A stretch of 64,000 nt of DNA, taken from positions 1-64,000 of the forward strand of contig JBGAHS010000010.1 in NCBI GenBank assembly GCA_044226015.1. The letters run 5' to 3'. Positions 29,060 through 38,890 of this stretch are shown one piece after another; within the stretch, counting starts at the first letter, position 1, and every line of letters begins with the position of its first letter. Source of the DNA: Candidatus Obscuribacteraceae bacterium (GTDB lineage: Bacteria; Cyanobacteriota; Vampirovibrionia; Obscuribacterales; Obscuribacteraceae). The notes beneath the pieces were generated by a model that was not told the DNA's origin, did not search any database, and saw only the letters and a program-made list of their open reading frames with translations. Both the position numbers and the translations under genes were made by a program.

Positions 29060-29311
29060 TATTGACTGCAAGAAATTTACTGTAGATATGAAAAGAGGCT
29101 CCTTCTTGGTTAAGATTTCGGTGGTCAGATTTGTCTGTCTCTTTGATCTCTTCAATGGCTGTGCTTTCGTCGATGAATCCGTGCTTTTCCGCAATCGCAA
29201 ATGTGTTTGTGCTTTTTTGTTGTTTCGTATAAGTTTAGACGCTTGCGTATCTGCGGGTAGTAGTTTTGTAATTTAGCTCTGAAGTGATTCCAGGTTCAAA
29301 TAGATCCAGGT

Positions 29312-29968
29312 TCAAAATAAATCTAGGGCGCACAGGTGATGATAGATCGAATCTTTTACTGAAGGTGACCAGCTTGGGTAACGAGAGCTCATCTTGTTCC
29401 ATGCCGCAAAGAGACTGGATGAAGCTGCCCTTCCTTCTGGAACAGCTAAGACTGTTTGCATGTCCTTGTGTTGCTCTCTTAGTTGAGTGCCCGTCCTGAA
29501 AAACGAAATTTGCAGATCAATTGCTTTTATAACATCATTCTTGAACTCATCCAACCCGCTCGGTGCCTTTTCTGCTGCAATTTTCTGTTTTGCAGCTGTG
29601 GTCTCTTTCAAATATTGATTGAATGCGCTTGAGTAATTTTCATTGTTTTTGTACAAGGCATCTATCATTAGCATCTTAGCCTGGAGACATTTTAGAATCA
29701 TGCTATATGCATGATTTATGAACTCTCTATCCCCCGCTGGGATTCCATCGAGAGAAACCGGCAAAGCTACCAGAGCGCAGGGATATTGGTGACCAGCAGG
29801 CGGTGTGATTGATGTTGGATACCAGTTGTCGTATGCTAAAACCACGGTGCTGAGAGTGCTGGACAGTATTGCTGTGAGCAAGGCCGCTACGGTTTTGCTC
29901 TTCTCAGGAATATTCAAACGGAATTCCTCCGACGATGCGCTGATTATACGATTGTACCCTTTTCGCAT
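29312..29968 (-). CDS. Secreted helical hypothetical protein
   Basis: Signal-like segment ending VLA, three Cys and helical composition. Confidence 0.7.
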   Translation of the reverse strand: MRKGYNRIISASSEEFRLNIPEKSKTVAALLTAILSSTLSTVVLAYDNWYPTSITPPAGHQYPCALVALPVSLDGIPAGDREFINHAYSMILKCLQAKMLMIDALYKNNENYSSAFNQYLKETTAAKQKIAAEKAPSGLDEFKNDVIKAIDLQISFFRTGTQLREQHKDMQTVLAVPEGRAASSSLFAAWNKMSSRYPSWSPSVKDSIYHHLCALDLF

Positions 29969-30402
29969 GGTATAACTTCGGGCATTTGATGAGAGTGAAT
30001 TGGTGCTGATTAAGCGGATGAAAATGAATTGGCACTGAGAATTGTCGGACAGCTTTTTTGAACGGTGTAATACTTATTGCTTTGATTGTGATACTGAATA
30101 TGGTGCCTGGGTTTGGTTCAAATGAAGACTTTCTGCTGTAATTCACAGAGCTGTGATGGGTTGTTGATACCAATGCAAAACGCGGTGTTAGAGTTTCTTG
30201 CTGAATAGACGAAGTTTGTCGGAACTAAAGAGTCATGAGTACGGCGAAAAGTGCTTTTGAGATGAGTCGGCTTTTGATACTGTTTTGGCTTCGATGCTTT
30301 TGCTCTGCAGCCGACGGGGCTTGGCTCGAAAGTGGAGGGGGCTCTACCGAGATTTTCTTGAAGCTATTTAATTGTTACCCCCTCCGACAACTTTCATGTA
30401 AG

Positions 30403-30504
30403 GCGCTTGAAGAAAAACGCGAGCCGATGGCGCTCGGAGAAAAACGCGAACCGATAGCGCTTGAAGAAAAACGCGAACCGATAGCGCTCGGAATTTTCGC
30501 GTAT
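30403..30504. repeat. 27-bp tandem array of the REP-like element
   Basis: GAAAAACGCGA(A/G)CCGAT(A/G)GCGCT units at 30412, 30439 and 30466. Confidence 0.88.
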
Positions 30505-30606
30505 CCAACACCAGTAGTGGAAAGTCCGAAACGGCTTCCCTTGAGAACTCGAAATCTCACAAACGCGAACTCGCTTTTGTAGGAGATTGCATTGATTTAG
30601 AAAATT

Positions 30607-30678
30607 TGGGTCATGATGGATTCGAACCATCAACCAATTGCTTAAGAGGCAACTGCTCTACCGTTGAGCTAATGACCC
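30607..30678 (-). tRNA. tRNA-Lys(CTT)
   Basis: GGGTCATTAGCTCAACGGTAGAGC...anticodon arm GTTGC-CTCTTAA-GCAAT...GGTTCGAATCC...ATGACCCA; CCA not encoded. Confidence 0.96.
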
Positions 30679-30700
30679 AGCTTCGCGTCATTATATAATA

Positions 30701-30773
30701 CACGCCCGGTTGGATTCGAACCAACGACCCTCCGCTTAGAAGGCGGATGCTCTATCCACTGAGCTACGAGCGC
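30701..30773 (-). tRNA. tRNA-Arg(TCT)
   Basis: GCGCTCGTAGCTCAGTGGATAGAGC...TCCGC-CTTCTAA-GCGGA...GGTTCGAATCC...CGGGCGTG; CCA not encoded. Confidence 0.96.
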
Positions 30774-30870
30774 ACGCGTCGACCAAGTGTTTTATCTTAT
30801 CTTTTTTTGGGCTTCCTGTGCAGCTAGTTGTTCCGATGTGTATTATGTGTGAGCCTGTTTGGAGCAGAAA

Positions 30871-31761
30871 ATGCCAGATACACTAAGCGAAAACGAGTTT
30901 ACACAGCGTTTCATAGATCAAATACAGAGCCTGAACCTTGATGCGCAGTGCAAAGAGCCATTAAACCTCGAACTTCACTATGGAGAAGACGAGCCTGTAC
31001 TGAATCTTTCGCTAAAGGATGCATACAATCAATATCAGGCTGAGCCCCAGCGGTTTGACGAAATAATGGCTCCTTACTTTCAGGACCTCAAGTGGACGGC
31101 CGAGACTCCCAGGATTCTGTCCAAGGACCTGTACCAACACTGTCTTCCTACTCTTCGTAACTTTATGGTTTTTCCTCCAACTGAATCAGAGCTTACTCTG
31201 AACTCTAAGGGACCAATATCGTACGAGGATGTATTAAAGGCTCCGACTGAGCACATTGTCATGCAATTCAATTACTATGAGGAGGGCATATATACTCCTC
31301 TTTGCAAAGGGGACACACTTCCCTGCATCCCTGACCAGAAATTATTGGCACAGTTATCACTCCACAACCTGGCTCTTGCAACTGAGGCTGGTGGCATCAC
31401 TTGTACCCCGTTGCCCTTCGAAAATTTGCGCTCAAAATCATATTTGGTTGGATTCGGTGATGAGCGTATTCGACCGTGCAGCGCTGCTTTGAGCTGCATT
31501 CCTCAAGTGATGGCATCGCTTGAAGAAACTTTCCGTGCCAGGCATGGATTGATTGCAATTATGCCGGCCCAGGATCAACTCATTATTAGTGTAGAAACTG
31601 ATGAGCAGGCTCTTGTGGAGCTTGGTGTTTTAGCACAACAGTTGGCAAGTAGGGCCCCAATACCGCTAAGTAAGTTGATATGGAGCTTTGATGAGGGGAA
31701 CCTGGCAGCCGTGCAGGCACTTGATTTAGAGGAAATCAGTGATGAGCCACTTAACGAATAA
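30871..31761 (+). CDS. Hypothetical protein
   Basis: Acidic globular ORF of about 296 aa; GGAG before the ATG at 30871. Confidence 0.7.
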   Translation: MPDTLSENEFTQRFIDQIQSLNLDAQCKEPLNLELHYGEDEPVLNLSLKDAYNQYQAEPQRFDEIMAPYFQDLKWTAETPRILSKDLYQHCLPTLRNFMVFPPTESELTLNSKGPISYEDVLKAPTEHIVMQFNYYEEGIYTPLCKGDTLPCIPDQKLLAQLSLHNLALATEAGGITCTPLPFENLRSKSYLVGFGDERIRPCSAALSCIPQVMASLEETFRARHGLIAIMPAQDQLIISVETDEQALVELGVLAQQLASRAPIPLSKLIWSFDEGNLAAVQALDLEEISDEPLNE

Positions 31762-32379
31762 GTGATCAAAAAGTGAATCAATTTCCCTCTTGGTTAAAGA
31801 GCTTCTTAACCCTCCCTTAAACGTTTTCGGCAATAATGTTGCCTGTGACATCTCTTGTGAGTCCAACCCCCAACAAACTTTTATGGCTTTAGTAATATCC
31901 CTAGTGCTTTGCCTGGCGCTCGTTGTAGCGATTATTTCAGTGATGATGCCTGAGTTCTGTTTGCCGATTTTCCAGAAGCTCTGGAAAAAACAAACCTTTT
32001 ACATAAACACCCACGACCAGGGACGGTAGCAGTCCAAAAGGGTCGATTGGTAGAAGTGAAGCGGTTCCGAGATTGGAGTGGCTTTACATTGACGGTTCCG
32101 TTTTCTGGATTGCTTTTGGAATCTCTGAACAGTTCAAGCTGTTCTGTTCGAGACAAGTATTGGAAGGCGGGGGCGAGAACGTTCCCTTACGAAAAGCTGT
32201 CAGACCAAGGCTGGATTGACTGATGCCAAGATCCTGATACCAGAGACCCTGATTCAATCGCTTAAGGGTTTGGTAAGGGGATGCAGCGCTCGCAAAGTAA
32301 GAGAATTTTGCTGAAATTTACCGCTTTTCTCCGGTGTTCTCTCGTGTGACAGTCTAGTGTGACAGGGCTTACTTCCTAA

Positions 32380-33060
32380 TTAACTGATGGCTGGTCCGAT
32401 TTTATTAGCAGCAGGCTGAGGCTTGCCGCCTTCCTTTCCCTGTTGGCTCGAGTTACCGCTGGCGGCTAGTGCTCGTTCAATTTCATTAGCAGCAGACTGC
32501 GGCTTGCCTCCAGCTTTTCCTTCTGAGGTCGAGTTACCGCTGGCGGCTAGTGCCCGTTCGATTTCGTTAGCAGCAGACTGCGGCTTGCCTCCAGCTTTTC
32601 CTTCTGAGGTCGAGTTGCCCGAGCTCAGAGGGTTCTCAATTTCCTTTGAGGGTTGAATGTCGTTTTTCCTGTCTTTCTGGGATTTGTCTGCGCCGTTTGT
32701 ATTCTTTGAGAGCTCAGTGTGGGAATTTCCAAGTTGGGCATGATGCATTTGGCTGGAGAAGTTTCGCTGATTATCTGTGTTTTGTTCGGCTTCTTTGTCT
32801 TTCTTCAATTCCGTATTCTTTTCTGAGCCTGCCTTGGAATCGTTGTCTTTTGATGAATCTGTCAGAGAAAAGTTGTTCCAAGAGTTCAGCAGGTCCTGTG
32901 AACTCTGTCTTGAGGACTTTTCCATCTCTCTGACTGCTGTGTTTGAACTTGAATTAGTAAGATCGGCTGCTGAATTTAGGTTCTCCTGAAATTGGGACCT
33001 TTCTGTGTTTTCGTTTGATTCTCTGGGCTGAATATTGTCCTTGTCTGACTCGCCTGGCAT
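32380..33060 (-). CDS. Low-complexity hydrophilic protein with 27-aa tandem repeats
   Basis: SGNSTSEGKAGGKPQSAANEIERALAA repeated about 2.7 times; AGGAGG RBS. Confidence 0.7.
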   Translation of the reverse strand: MPGESDKDNIQPRESNENTERSQFQENLNSAADLTNSSSNTAVREMEKSSRQSSQDLLNSWNNFSLTDSSKDNDSKAGSEKNTELKKDKEAEQNTDNQRNFSSQMHHAQLGNSHTELSKNTNGADKSQKDRKNDIQPSKEIENPLSSGNSTSEGKAGGKPQSAANEIERALAASGNSTSEGKAGGKPQSAANEIERALAASGNSSQQGKEGGKPQPAANKIGPAIS

Positions 33061-33128
33061 GAAGAGTACCCTCCTGCTTCCTTAGACAGATCTTATGTTC
33101 TGTGCGTGGCAATTTAGTGATCCAAGGA

Positions 33129-33450
33129 GCGAAGCGATAGCTGTTGGCGAAAATGGATGAGCGGGAAGAAAAACACCGTATCCTCAAGTCTTGAGCTGAA
33201 ACGCGAAGCGATAGCTGTTGGCGAAAATGGATGAGCGGGAAGAAAAACACCGTATCCTCAAGTCTTGAGCTGAAACGCGAAGCGATAGCTGTTGGCGAAA
33301 ATGGATGAGCGGGAAGAAAAACACCGTAGCCTCAAGTCTTGGGCTGAAACGCGAAGCGATAGCTGTTGGCGAAAATGGATGAGCGGGAAGAAAAACACCG
33401 TAGCCTCAAGTCTTGGGCTGAAACGCGAAGCGATAGCTGTTCGCGAAATT
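33129..33450. repeat. 74-bp tandem array (four units plus a terminal palindrome) built on the REP-like element
   Basis: GCGAAGCGATAGCTGTTGGCG at 33129, 33203, 33277 and 33351, and GCGAAGCGATAGCTGTTCGCG at 33425. Confidence 0.95.
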
Positions 33451-33688
33451 TTAGAAAGCTGAAAAAATGCCAACAGGGGATTGTTGGCACTATAAAGTAG
33501 GTCCAAACCACCCTAAATTTGCCCCGATAGCCAGCAACACCAGGAGCGCAAACGCTCCGAATAATACGAAAAATGCCGGTTCGCCTTCGCCGAGATTCAT
33601 TCTTGCTACCTTTTGCTGAGCTAGAGTCACGGGTATACTTCAAATATCATCCTATCATTTAAGCAGATTCTCAAGAGATGGTGACGAG

Positions 33689-34732
33689 ATGGATGACGGT
33701 GCATCTCAAGCAGTTAACAATAGCAATCGCAAAAGTTGGCAGGGGCGGTCATTTGAGCCGCATCCGATTTTGCGCAATAGTCACCTGATGACCATAATTC
33801 CGGGATTTTTGCCTCGCAAGAATCTGGCTAACTTTAAGAAGTCCGGTACACCGCGCCTGTTTCGTGTGAACAATGATGCGGAAGTTCTTGGCTATTGCCA
33901 CTTTCAGAAAGATTCTGATAAACCCACTCTGATTGTTTTACACGGACTCGAGGGATCGTCTGAATCAAGTCATGTTTTGGGAATCGGTTACAAGGCATTT
34001 CAAGAGGGATTCAGCGTAGTTCGCTTGAATATGCGTAATTGTGGTGGCACTATGCAGTACTCCACAACACTATATAACGCCGGGATGTGGCACGACCTCC
34101 GTGCCGTAATGAAGAGCCTTCACAAAGAAGATCGAATAGAAAATTTTGCACTTGCAGGTTATTCGCTCGGAGGAAATCTCATTTTGAATGCATGTGCGAG
34201 GCACGATGCCTCATTGAAGTTCAATATAAAGGGTGCTTGTGCCGTTTCGCCAGCGATTGATCTTGCCAACGCAGTTCGAGCAATAGAAAGACCTGAAAAC
34301 AGAATCTACCAGGACTGGTTCTTGAGAACGTTGAAAAGAAAAATTGTGGAGAAGTCAAAACAACATCCCGACATCTATGATCCCTCCGCATTGAAGGATG
34401 TTCTCACGATCCGACAATTTGATGATGTATTCACTGCTCCTCATGGTGGCTATGGAAATGCTGACCGATACTACCGCGAGGCTAGCTCCTATGCGTATCT
34501 CAAACACATCAAAATTCCGACTTTGATAATCAGTGCAGAAGATGATCCTCTTGTGCCTATAGACTGCTTTTCAGAAGTTCAAAATCTTTCGCCGTTTATT
34601 GAACTTCTTATTACGAAATTTGGAGGACATGGTGGATTTTTGCAAAGCCAGGCCGAAACTGATTCTTCGTTTGATCATTTCTGGGCGGAGAACCGGGTTG
34701 TAGCGTTTTTGCGGGAAGTCAGTATAGACTAA
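33689..34732 (+). CDS. YheT-family alpha/beta hydrolase
   Basis: LHGLEGSSES, NMRNCGG, GYSLGGN nucleophile elbow, AEDDPLVP and GGHGGF. Confidence 0.92.
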   Translation: MDDGASQAVNNSNRKSWQGRSFEPHPILRNSHLMTIIPGFLPRKNLANFKKSGTPRLFRVNNDAEVLGYCHFQKDSDKPTLIVLHGLEGSSESSHVLGIGYKAFQEGFSVVRLNMRNCGGTMQYSTTLYNAGMWHDLRAVMKSLHKEDRIENFALAGYSLGGNLILNACARHDASLKFNIKGACAVSPAIDLANAVRAIERPENRIYQDWFLRTLKRKIVEKSKQHPDIYDPSALKDVLTIRQFDDVFTAPHGGYGNADRYYREASSYAYLKHIKIPTLIISAEDDPLVPIDCFSEVQNLSPFIELLITKFGGHGGFLQSQAETDSSFDHFWAENRVVAFLREVSID

Positions 34733-34895
34733 ATATCGTTGCTTTTATATTGCAAAGCGCAGATTCTGCACATTTGAGAAAAATTTGCAGGCACAAATCA
34801 GCAACTTTGCAGTACGATGGTAGCGATTACTAATGTTTTGACGATTGGATTCTGTGGCAAAAATAGGCAAGGATCCTGGATTTAGGAGGACGGTT

Positions 34896-35315
34896 GTGAA
34901 GAGATCAATGTTCGCCACAACACTAGCGATGGTGGCACTAATGGGAGCAGTAGCTCCAGCATTTGCGGCTGATAATGATGGTTTAGAAAAGAGTGTTGGT
35001 GTCGCAGAATGGCCTGTCAGAGTTGCTGGCGTAGGTTGTGGTACCGTCGGTGGTACTCCTATTGCAGCAGTGCGCCAGAGCTTGAAGGCTTACACTGCAT
35101 GGACACCAGCCCTGGCTGATAAAGTCGGTGGAAAAGATTGTGGACCATGCTGCGCTCTTGTTAGCGTTGTTACTCTCCCAGCAGCAATTGCTTGGGGCGG
35201 AGTTACTGGACCATACTATGGAGTGAAAAACGGTTTTAACCACGGATTCAACAATCCGTTCACTCATCAATCATTCTCACTTGACTCTGAGTATGATGGC
35301 GGCGGCGGCAAATAA
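34896..35315 (+). CDS. Exported or membrane-associated hypothetical protein
   Basis: AGGAGG RBS before the GTG at 34896, signal peptide ending AFA and Gly-rich hydrophobic segments. Confidence 0.75.
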   Translation: MKRSMFATTLAMVALMGAVAPAFAADNDGLEKSVGVAEWPVRVAGVGCGTVGGTPIAAVRQSLKAYTAWTPALADKVGGKDCGPCCALVSVVTLPAAIAWGGVTGPYYGVKNGFNHGFNNPFTHQSFSLDSEYDGGGGK

Positions 35316-35348
35316 GCCGACACGTCCAATAGACACATCTTGTCAGTT

Positions 35349-35394
35349 TGCCCAACCCCAGCTATCCTAAAAATAGGGGTTGGGCATACTTTTT
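35349..35394 (+). terminator. Probable intrinsic terminator
   Basis: TGCCCAACCCC...GGGGTTGGGCA stem followed by TACTTTTT. Confidence 0.65.
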
Positions 35395-35411
35395 GGTTTG
35401 GTATTGCATAG

Positions 35412-35660
35412 ATGGTTGAAAAAGCGACCGTTGACGATTGGGTTGTCAAAATTCAGAAGACTAGAAGCGGCACAGAACTGCTAAAAATTCTTGAGCAGTT
35501 CCGTAAATTCGATTGGACTGACCAGGAAAGGCAGAAAATTTCGCATACCTACATGAAAATGTTGGATGGAATTCTGAAAGGGTCAGTTACTGAGACCTTG
35601 AAAAAGGCTGAGGCAGCAGTTGCTGCTAACGACGGTCCGGTTTGGTACGAAAAAATGTAG
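35412..35660 (+). CDS. Small hypothetical protein
   Basis: 82-aa helical ORF ending DGPVWYEKM. Confidence 0.65.
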   Translation: MVEKATVDDWVVKIQKTRSGTELLKILEQFRKFDWTDQERQKISHTYMKMLDGILKGSVTETLKKAEAAVAANDGPVWYEKM

Positions 35661-35691
35661 ATGCCTTTAGGCATCATGAATCGATTCGCTA

Positions 35692-37788
35692 TTGCTCGTT
35701 CCGGGAATTTACTTAACAGTGATCGGAAAAGTAATGGCCAATTTCAACTGGAGATTATTCTGGAGAGAGAGCAGTGTGCTTATTTTGCACACGCTTTTGT
35801 CTGGCTTTTATTTGCGCATAGCGCAGGTCTTATACACGTCATACAAACAGCCAATCTTGGCTGTTTGTTTTTTCGTTGTGGCTCTTTGCTTTATTCTGCC
35901 ACTGGGGCTCAATCTACTCGATTTGTGGGCTCGCACCGTGGCATCTGTCCGAGAAGAGAAAATCGCCATTCGAATTCTCGAACTTTCGCTGCTCATCCAC
36001 CGTAAGCTGTTTGGAACGAAAAACGCATACTATTCAGAAAAGCAAGCGATGTTAGCCAGCCTCTATTACGGTGAAAAACGCCTGGACGATGCAGAAAACT
36101 TGTTTGCTGATGCTCTGACTAACTATCGAAAATCGTTTTTCAAATATCCGCTGCTGCATCCGTGTTTTGATGATTATCGAAATATCTTATTGACTAAATC
36201 CGAGTCCGAAGTTGCTGATGCGTTGAATTCATCCGGCACTGCAGGACCTTCCGGAGTGCCTGATAAATCCGATACGTTTGATACAAAATCCGAGTCTACG
36301 CGTGATTCGCTGGGCGAGTCTCGGAGTGGGTCAGAGGGCGAGTCTCGGCGTGACTCCGAAACTTCCTTTTCCAAGGGAAAAACGACCGGTGAAAACAATG
36401 ACTTAATTCTTGAACTGAAAAAGGAGCTTCGAAAAACTAGCATTGGAGCATTAGCACAGCGTTGCGGAATAGCATTGCTTACGATTCCCATCCTCTGCTT
36501 TCTGATAACTGTGCAATCCATGGAAAATACCATCGCAAAAACGAACGCGCGAGGAAAAATCTTTGAGGCGTTGAATGGAGTGAGCTCGCTTGCTGCTCTT
36601 GAAGCTATGGTGCTGGGGAATTATGCTCGCTGTAAGGTTTACAAAGACTATGCGCAAGCGTTTGAGGACAATGCTCAGATTCACGAGATGCTCTGGTGTG
36701 TGCACAAGGCCTTATCAGCTGCCAAACTTTCTTCAAACCGAGATGATTATTTTGATGTGGTGCTTCTGAATCTTTTGGCAAAAGGAGATCTAGCGCAAGG
36801 CAAGCCAGACGAAGCGCTCTCAGCGCTTGAGCAATCTTCCAAGATTTGCATGGATTGGGATCTTGCGCAAAGATCCAGGAACAACTTTGATGCTTCTGTT
36901 GAAAGAGAAAAAACTCTTGACGCATTGGCAGAGCTCAAGAGAAAAAACGGCGATTACGCTGGTTCTGAGAAGCTATTCAAGAAGGTTTTGATGCTACCCG
37001 ATGGACCAATCGATCTGGCGAAGATAGAAGTGAGAATTTTCGATCCGATCGAAGCAATCGATCGATTGCACAAACTTCAGTCAATTGAGGAAAAGCTAGG
37101 GAAGAAAGATGATGCAATTATCTTGCAGAAGAAGGTCTGTGAGGTTTTGGAGAATGGCATCAAAGGCTTGGCAGAGAAACATAAGAATACTGTACTATTC
37201 GATTTCGGCGTTAGAGAGACTGCTCGAGAGCTTGAATCAGCCGCAATTATGCTGGCTGACGCTGGAAGAAACTCAGAATCGGAAGAGTATCGCAAGCGGG
37301 CAGATTCCTTGAGAAGGAGTCGTTCCAACACGTTGAAGCTTGATGCCGCGCAACAGGATTCCATTGTTGAAGCTAGTACCCAGCTCACCAATGATTTGCT
37401 TTCAATCAAGTATAAAGCTGGCGATTGCGAACGTTCTTATAAGACACTTTTAGCGCAAGACCTGAAAACTCCTAGAGCGAAGCACTCGTTTGAGGAGTTG
37501 CCCTGGTATGATGCAAATCTTTTGAAGAACGAAAATCTTCTCAAAGTCGCTGGTTCCAATCGACGAATGGAGGTTGATATTTCTCCAATGAGTATTCGAA
37601 ACAGTCGTGACGCTGCTGGAAACATCGCAGTGGATGTCCAGGGCGTGGTGAAAATCTACAAGGGAAAATCTACGGTTGCGGATGAAAGAAAATTTGGCTT
37701 CGCTTACATAATTAAGACGCCGAAGTCCGGAAATCGAGCGGAAGTAGAAGAGTTTCTCGATAATGGGCTTGATATGCCGATCGAATAG
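35692..37788 (+). CDS. Membrane-anchored TPR-like protein
   Basis: N-terminal and central TM segments, TPR-like helices and a Ser/Glu-rich insert. Start uncertain. Confidence 0.75.
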   Translation: MLVPGIYLTVIGKVMANFNWRLFWRESSVLILHTLLSGFYLRIAQVLYTSYKQPILAVCFFVVALCFILPLGLNLLDLWARTVASVREEKIAIRILELSLLIHRKLFGTKNAYYSEKQAMLASLYYGEKRLDDAENLFADALTNYRKSFFKYPLLHPCFDDYRNILLTKSESEVADALNSSGTAGPSGVPDKSDTFDTKSESTRDSLGESRSGSEGESRRDSETSFSKGKTTGENNDLILELKKELRKTSIGALAQRCGIALLTIPILCFLITVQSMENTIAKTNARGKIFEALNGVSSLAALEAMVLGNYARCKVYKDYAQAFEDNAQIHEMLWCVHKALSAAKLSSNRDDYFDVVLLNLLAKGDLAQGKPDEALSALEQSSKICMDWDLAQRSRNNFDASVEREKTLDALAELKRKNGDYAGSEKLFKKVLMLPDGPIDLAKIEVRIFDPIEAIDRLHKLQSIEEKLGKKDDAIILQKKVCEVLENGIKGLAEKHKNTVLFDFGVRETARELESAAIMLADAGRNSESEEYRKRADSLRRSRSNTLKLDAAQQDSIVEASTQLTNDLLSIKYKAGDCERSYKTLLAQDLKTPRAKHSFEELPWYDANLLKNENLLKVAGSNRRMEVDISPMSIRNSRDAAGNIAVDVQGVVKIYKGKSTVADERKFGFAYIIKTPKSGNRAEVEEFLDNGLDMPIE

Positions 37789-38022
37789 TTAGTCGGAATT
37801 CTGCTTGAGTTCGACGTTGGTTTCGCTGATCGTCCCGAGGATAAGTTCAATTAGAGACTGTGCGTCAGGTTCCTGAAAGCGCGTGTCGTTGGAGCAGATT
37901 AGCTTTATAGCTTCAGTTCGCCTACCGGAAAGAAGAAGATGCTTCAGTTTTAGGAAGACGGGATCGACAGAATCAATCTGTGCGAAGTACTCGCTTACGA
38001 ATGAGGAACTGTTAGCAGTCAT
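37789..38022 (-). CDS. Small hypothetical protein
   Basis: 77 aa with an ATG start and GAGG RBS. Confidence 0.5.
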   Translation of the reverse strand: MTANSSSFVSEYFAQIDSVDPVFLKLKHLLLSGRRTEAIKLICSNDTRFQEPDAQSLIELILGTISETNVELKQNSD

Positions 38023-38094
38023 AGAAACCTCGAGTTTCTCTTATTATCGCCCATAATTTACGGTTCGGGTTGCTGAGAACAAGCGATTTCTTGG

Positions 38095-38189
38095 AAAATG
38101 CGAAGCGCTATCGGTTCGCGTTTGAGAAAAATCTTCCTGCTAATCCGAGCGAAGAATGAAAAATGCGAAGCGCTATCGGTTCACGTTTC
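38095..38189. repeat. Doublet of the ~28-bp REP-like palindrome
   Basis: AAAATGCGAAGCGCTATCGGTTC(G/A)CGTTT at 38095 and 38160, 65 bp apart. Confidence 0.88.
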
Positions 38190-38344
38190 TCAGCACGGGT
38201 CGCTTATGGTCTGCGTTTCGGACGCTGTCAATTCCTCGTAGTGAACTGTTGCATCTAGCCTTTCGGGTTCTGCCTCATGATACAATTGACCCATTCTGTA
38301 CTTGGCATCGCATTCACGGCAGCACTTTTGCCGGAGGAGTTAGG

Positions 38345-38836
38345 ATGAAGCGTTTTGCATTGTTCCTTTTAGTCTCTTGTTTGCTGGCGGCTCCTAATTG
38401 CGAAGCACAAATGCTGAAGAAGCTTGGTCAAGAGCTTTTGAATGGCGCCTCTGGCGGTGGCATGCCAGGGATGAATGGGGCCGGAACAGCCGGTCAGCCT
38501 GCTGGGCAGACAAATCTTCCTCCGGGTCAGTACATGATGAGTAACATGAGTACAGGACAGGGTTACTACATTCTTGTTGACGGCAATGGACAGATGTACG
38601 CTTCACTTCCCAATGGAGTCCAAAACCAAGGAATGACCCAGCAGAATGGAATGATGGGTGGCACTACAAGCGGTGGCATCGGCGGCTTGCTACAGAATTT
38701 TACCGGTGGACAAAACAATGGCTACCCTGTTCAACAGCAGCAGCAAGGTGGGGTTGGAGGACTAATGCGCGGATCCCTCGGTAATTTCTTGAAGCAGGAG
38801 CTGACCCCTCAGCAACAAGTTCAACCGCAATTCTAG
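38345..38836 (+). CDS. Secreted Gly/Gln-rich protein
   Basis: GGAGG RBS upstream and a signal peptide MKRFALFLL...CEA. Confidence 0.75.
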   Translation: MKRFALFLLVSCLLAAPNCEAQMLKKLGQELLNGASGGGMPGMNGAGTAGQPAGQTNLPPGQYMMSNMSTGQGYYILVDGNGQMYASLPNGVQNQGMTQQNGMMGGTTSGGIGGLLQNFTGGQNNGYPVQQQQQGGVGGLMRGSLGNFLKQELTPQQQVQPQF

Positions 38837-38890
38837 AATGCAACTGAAGTCCCAACAGTGCAATCAGCTTAGCACTGAGCTGAGCCACCG

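Noticed and set aside
31790..32029. Small membrane ORF; also 61210-61413, which has a GGAGG RBS
   Set aside because: Plausible but short, with no recognisable motifs; not supportable without homology data.
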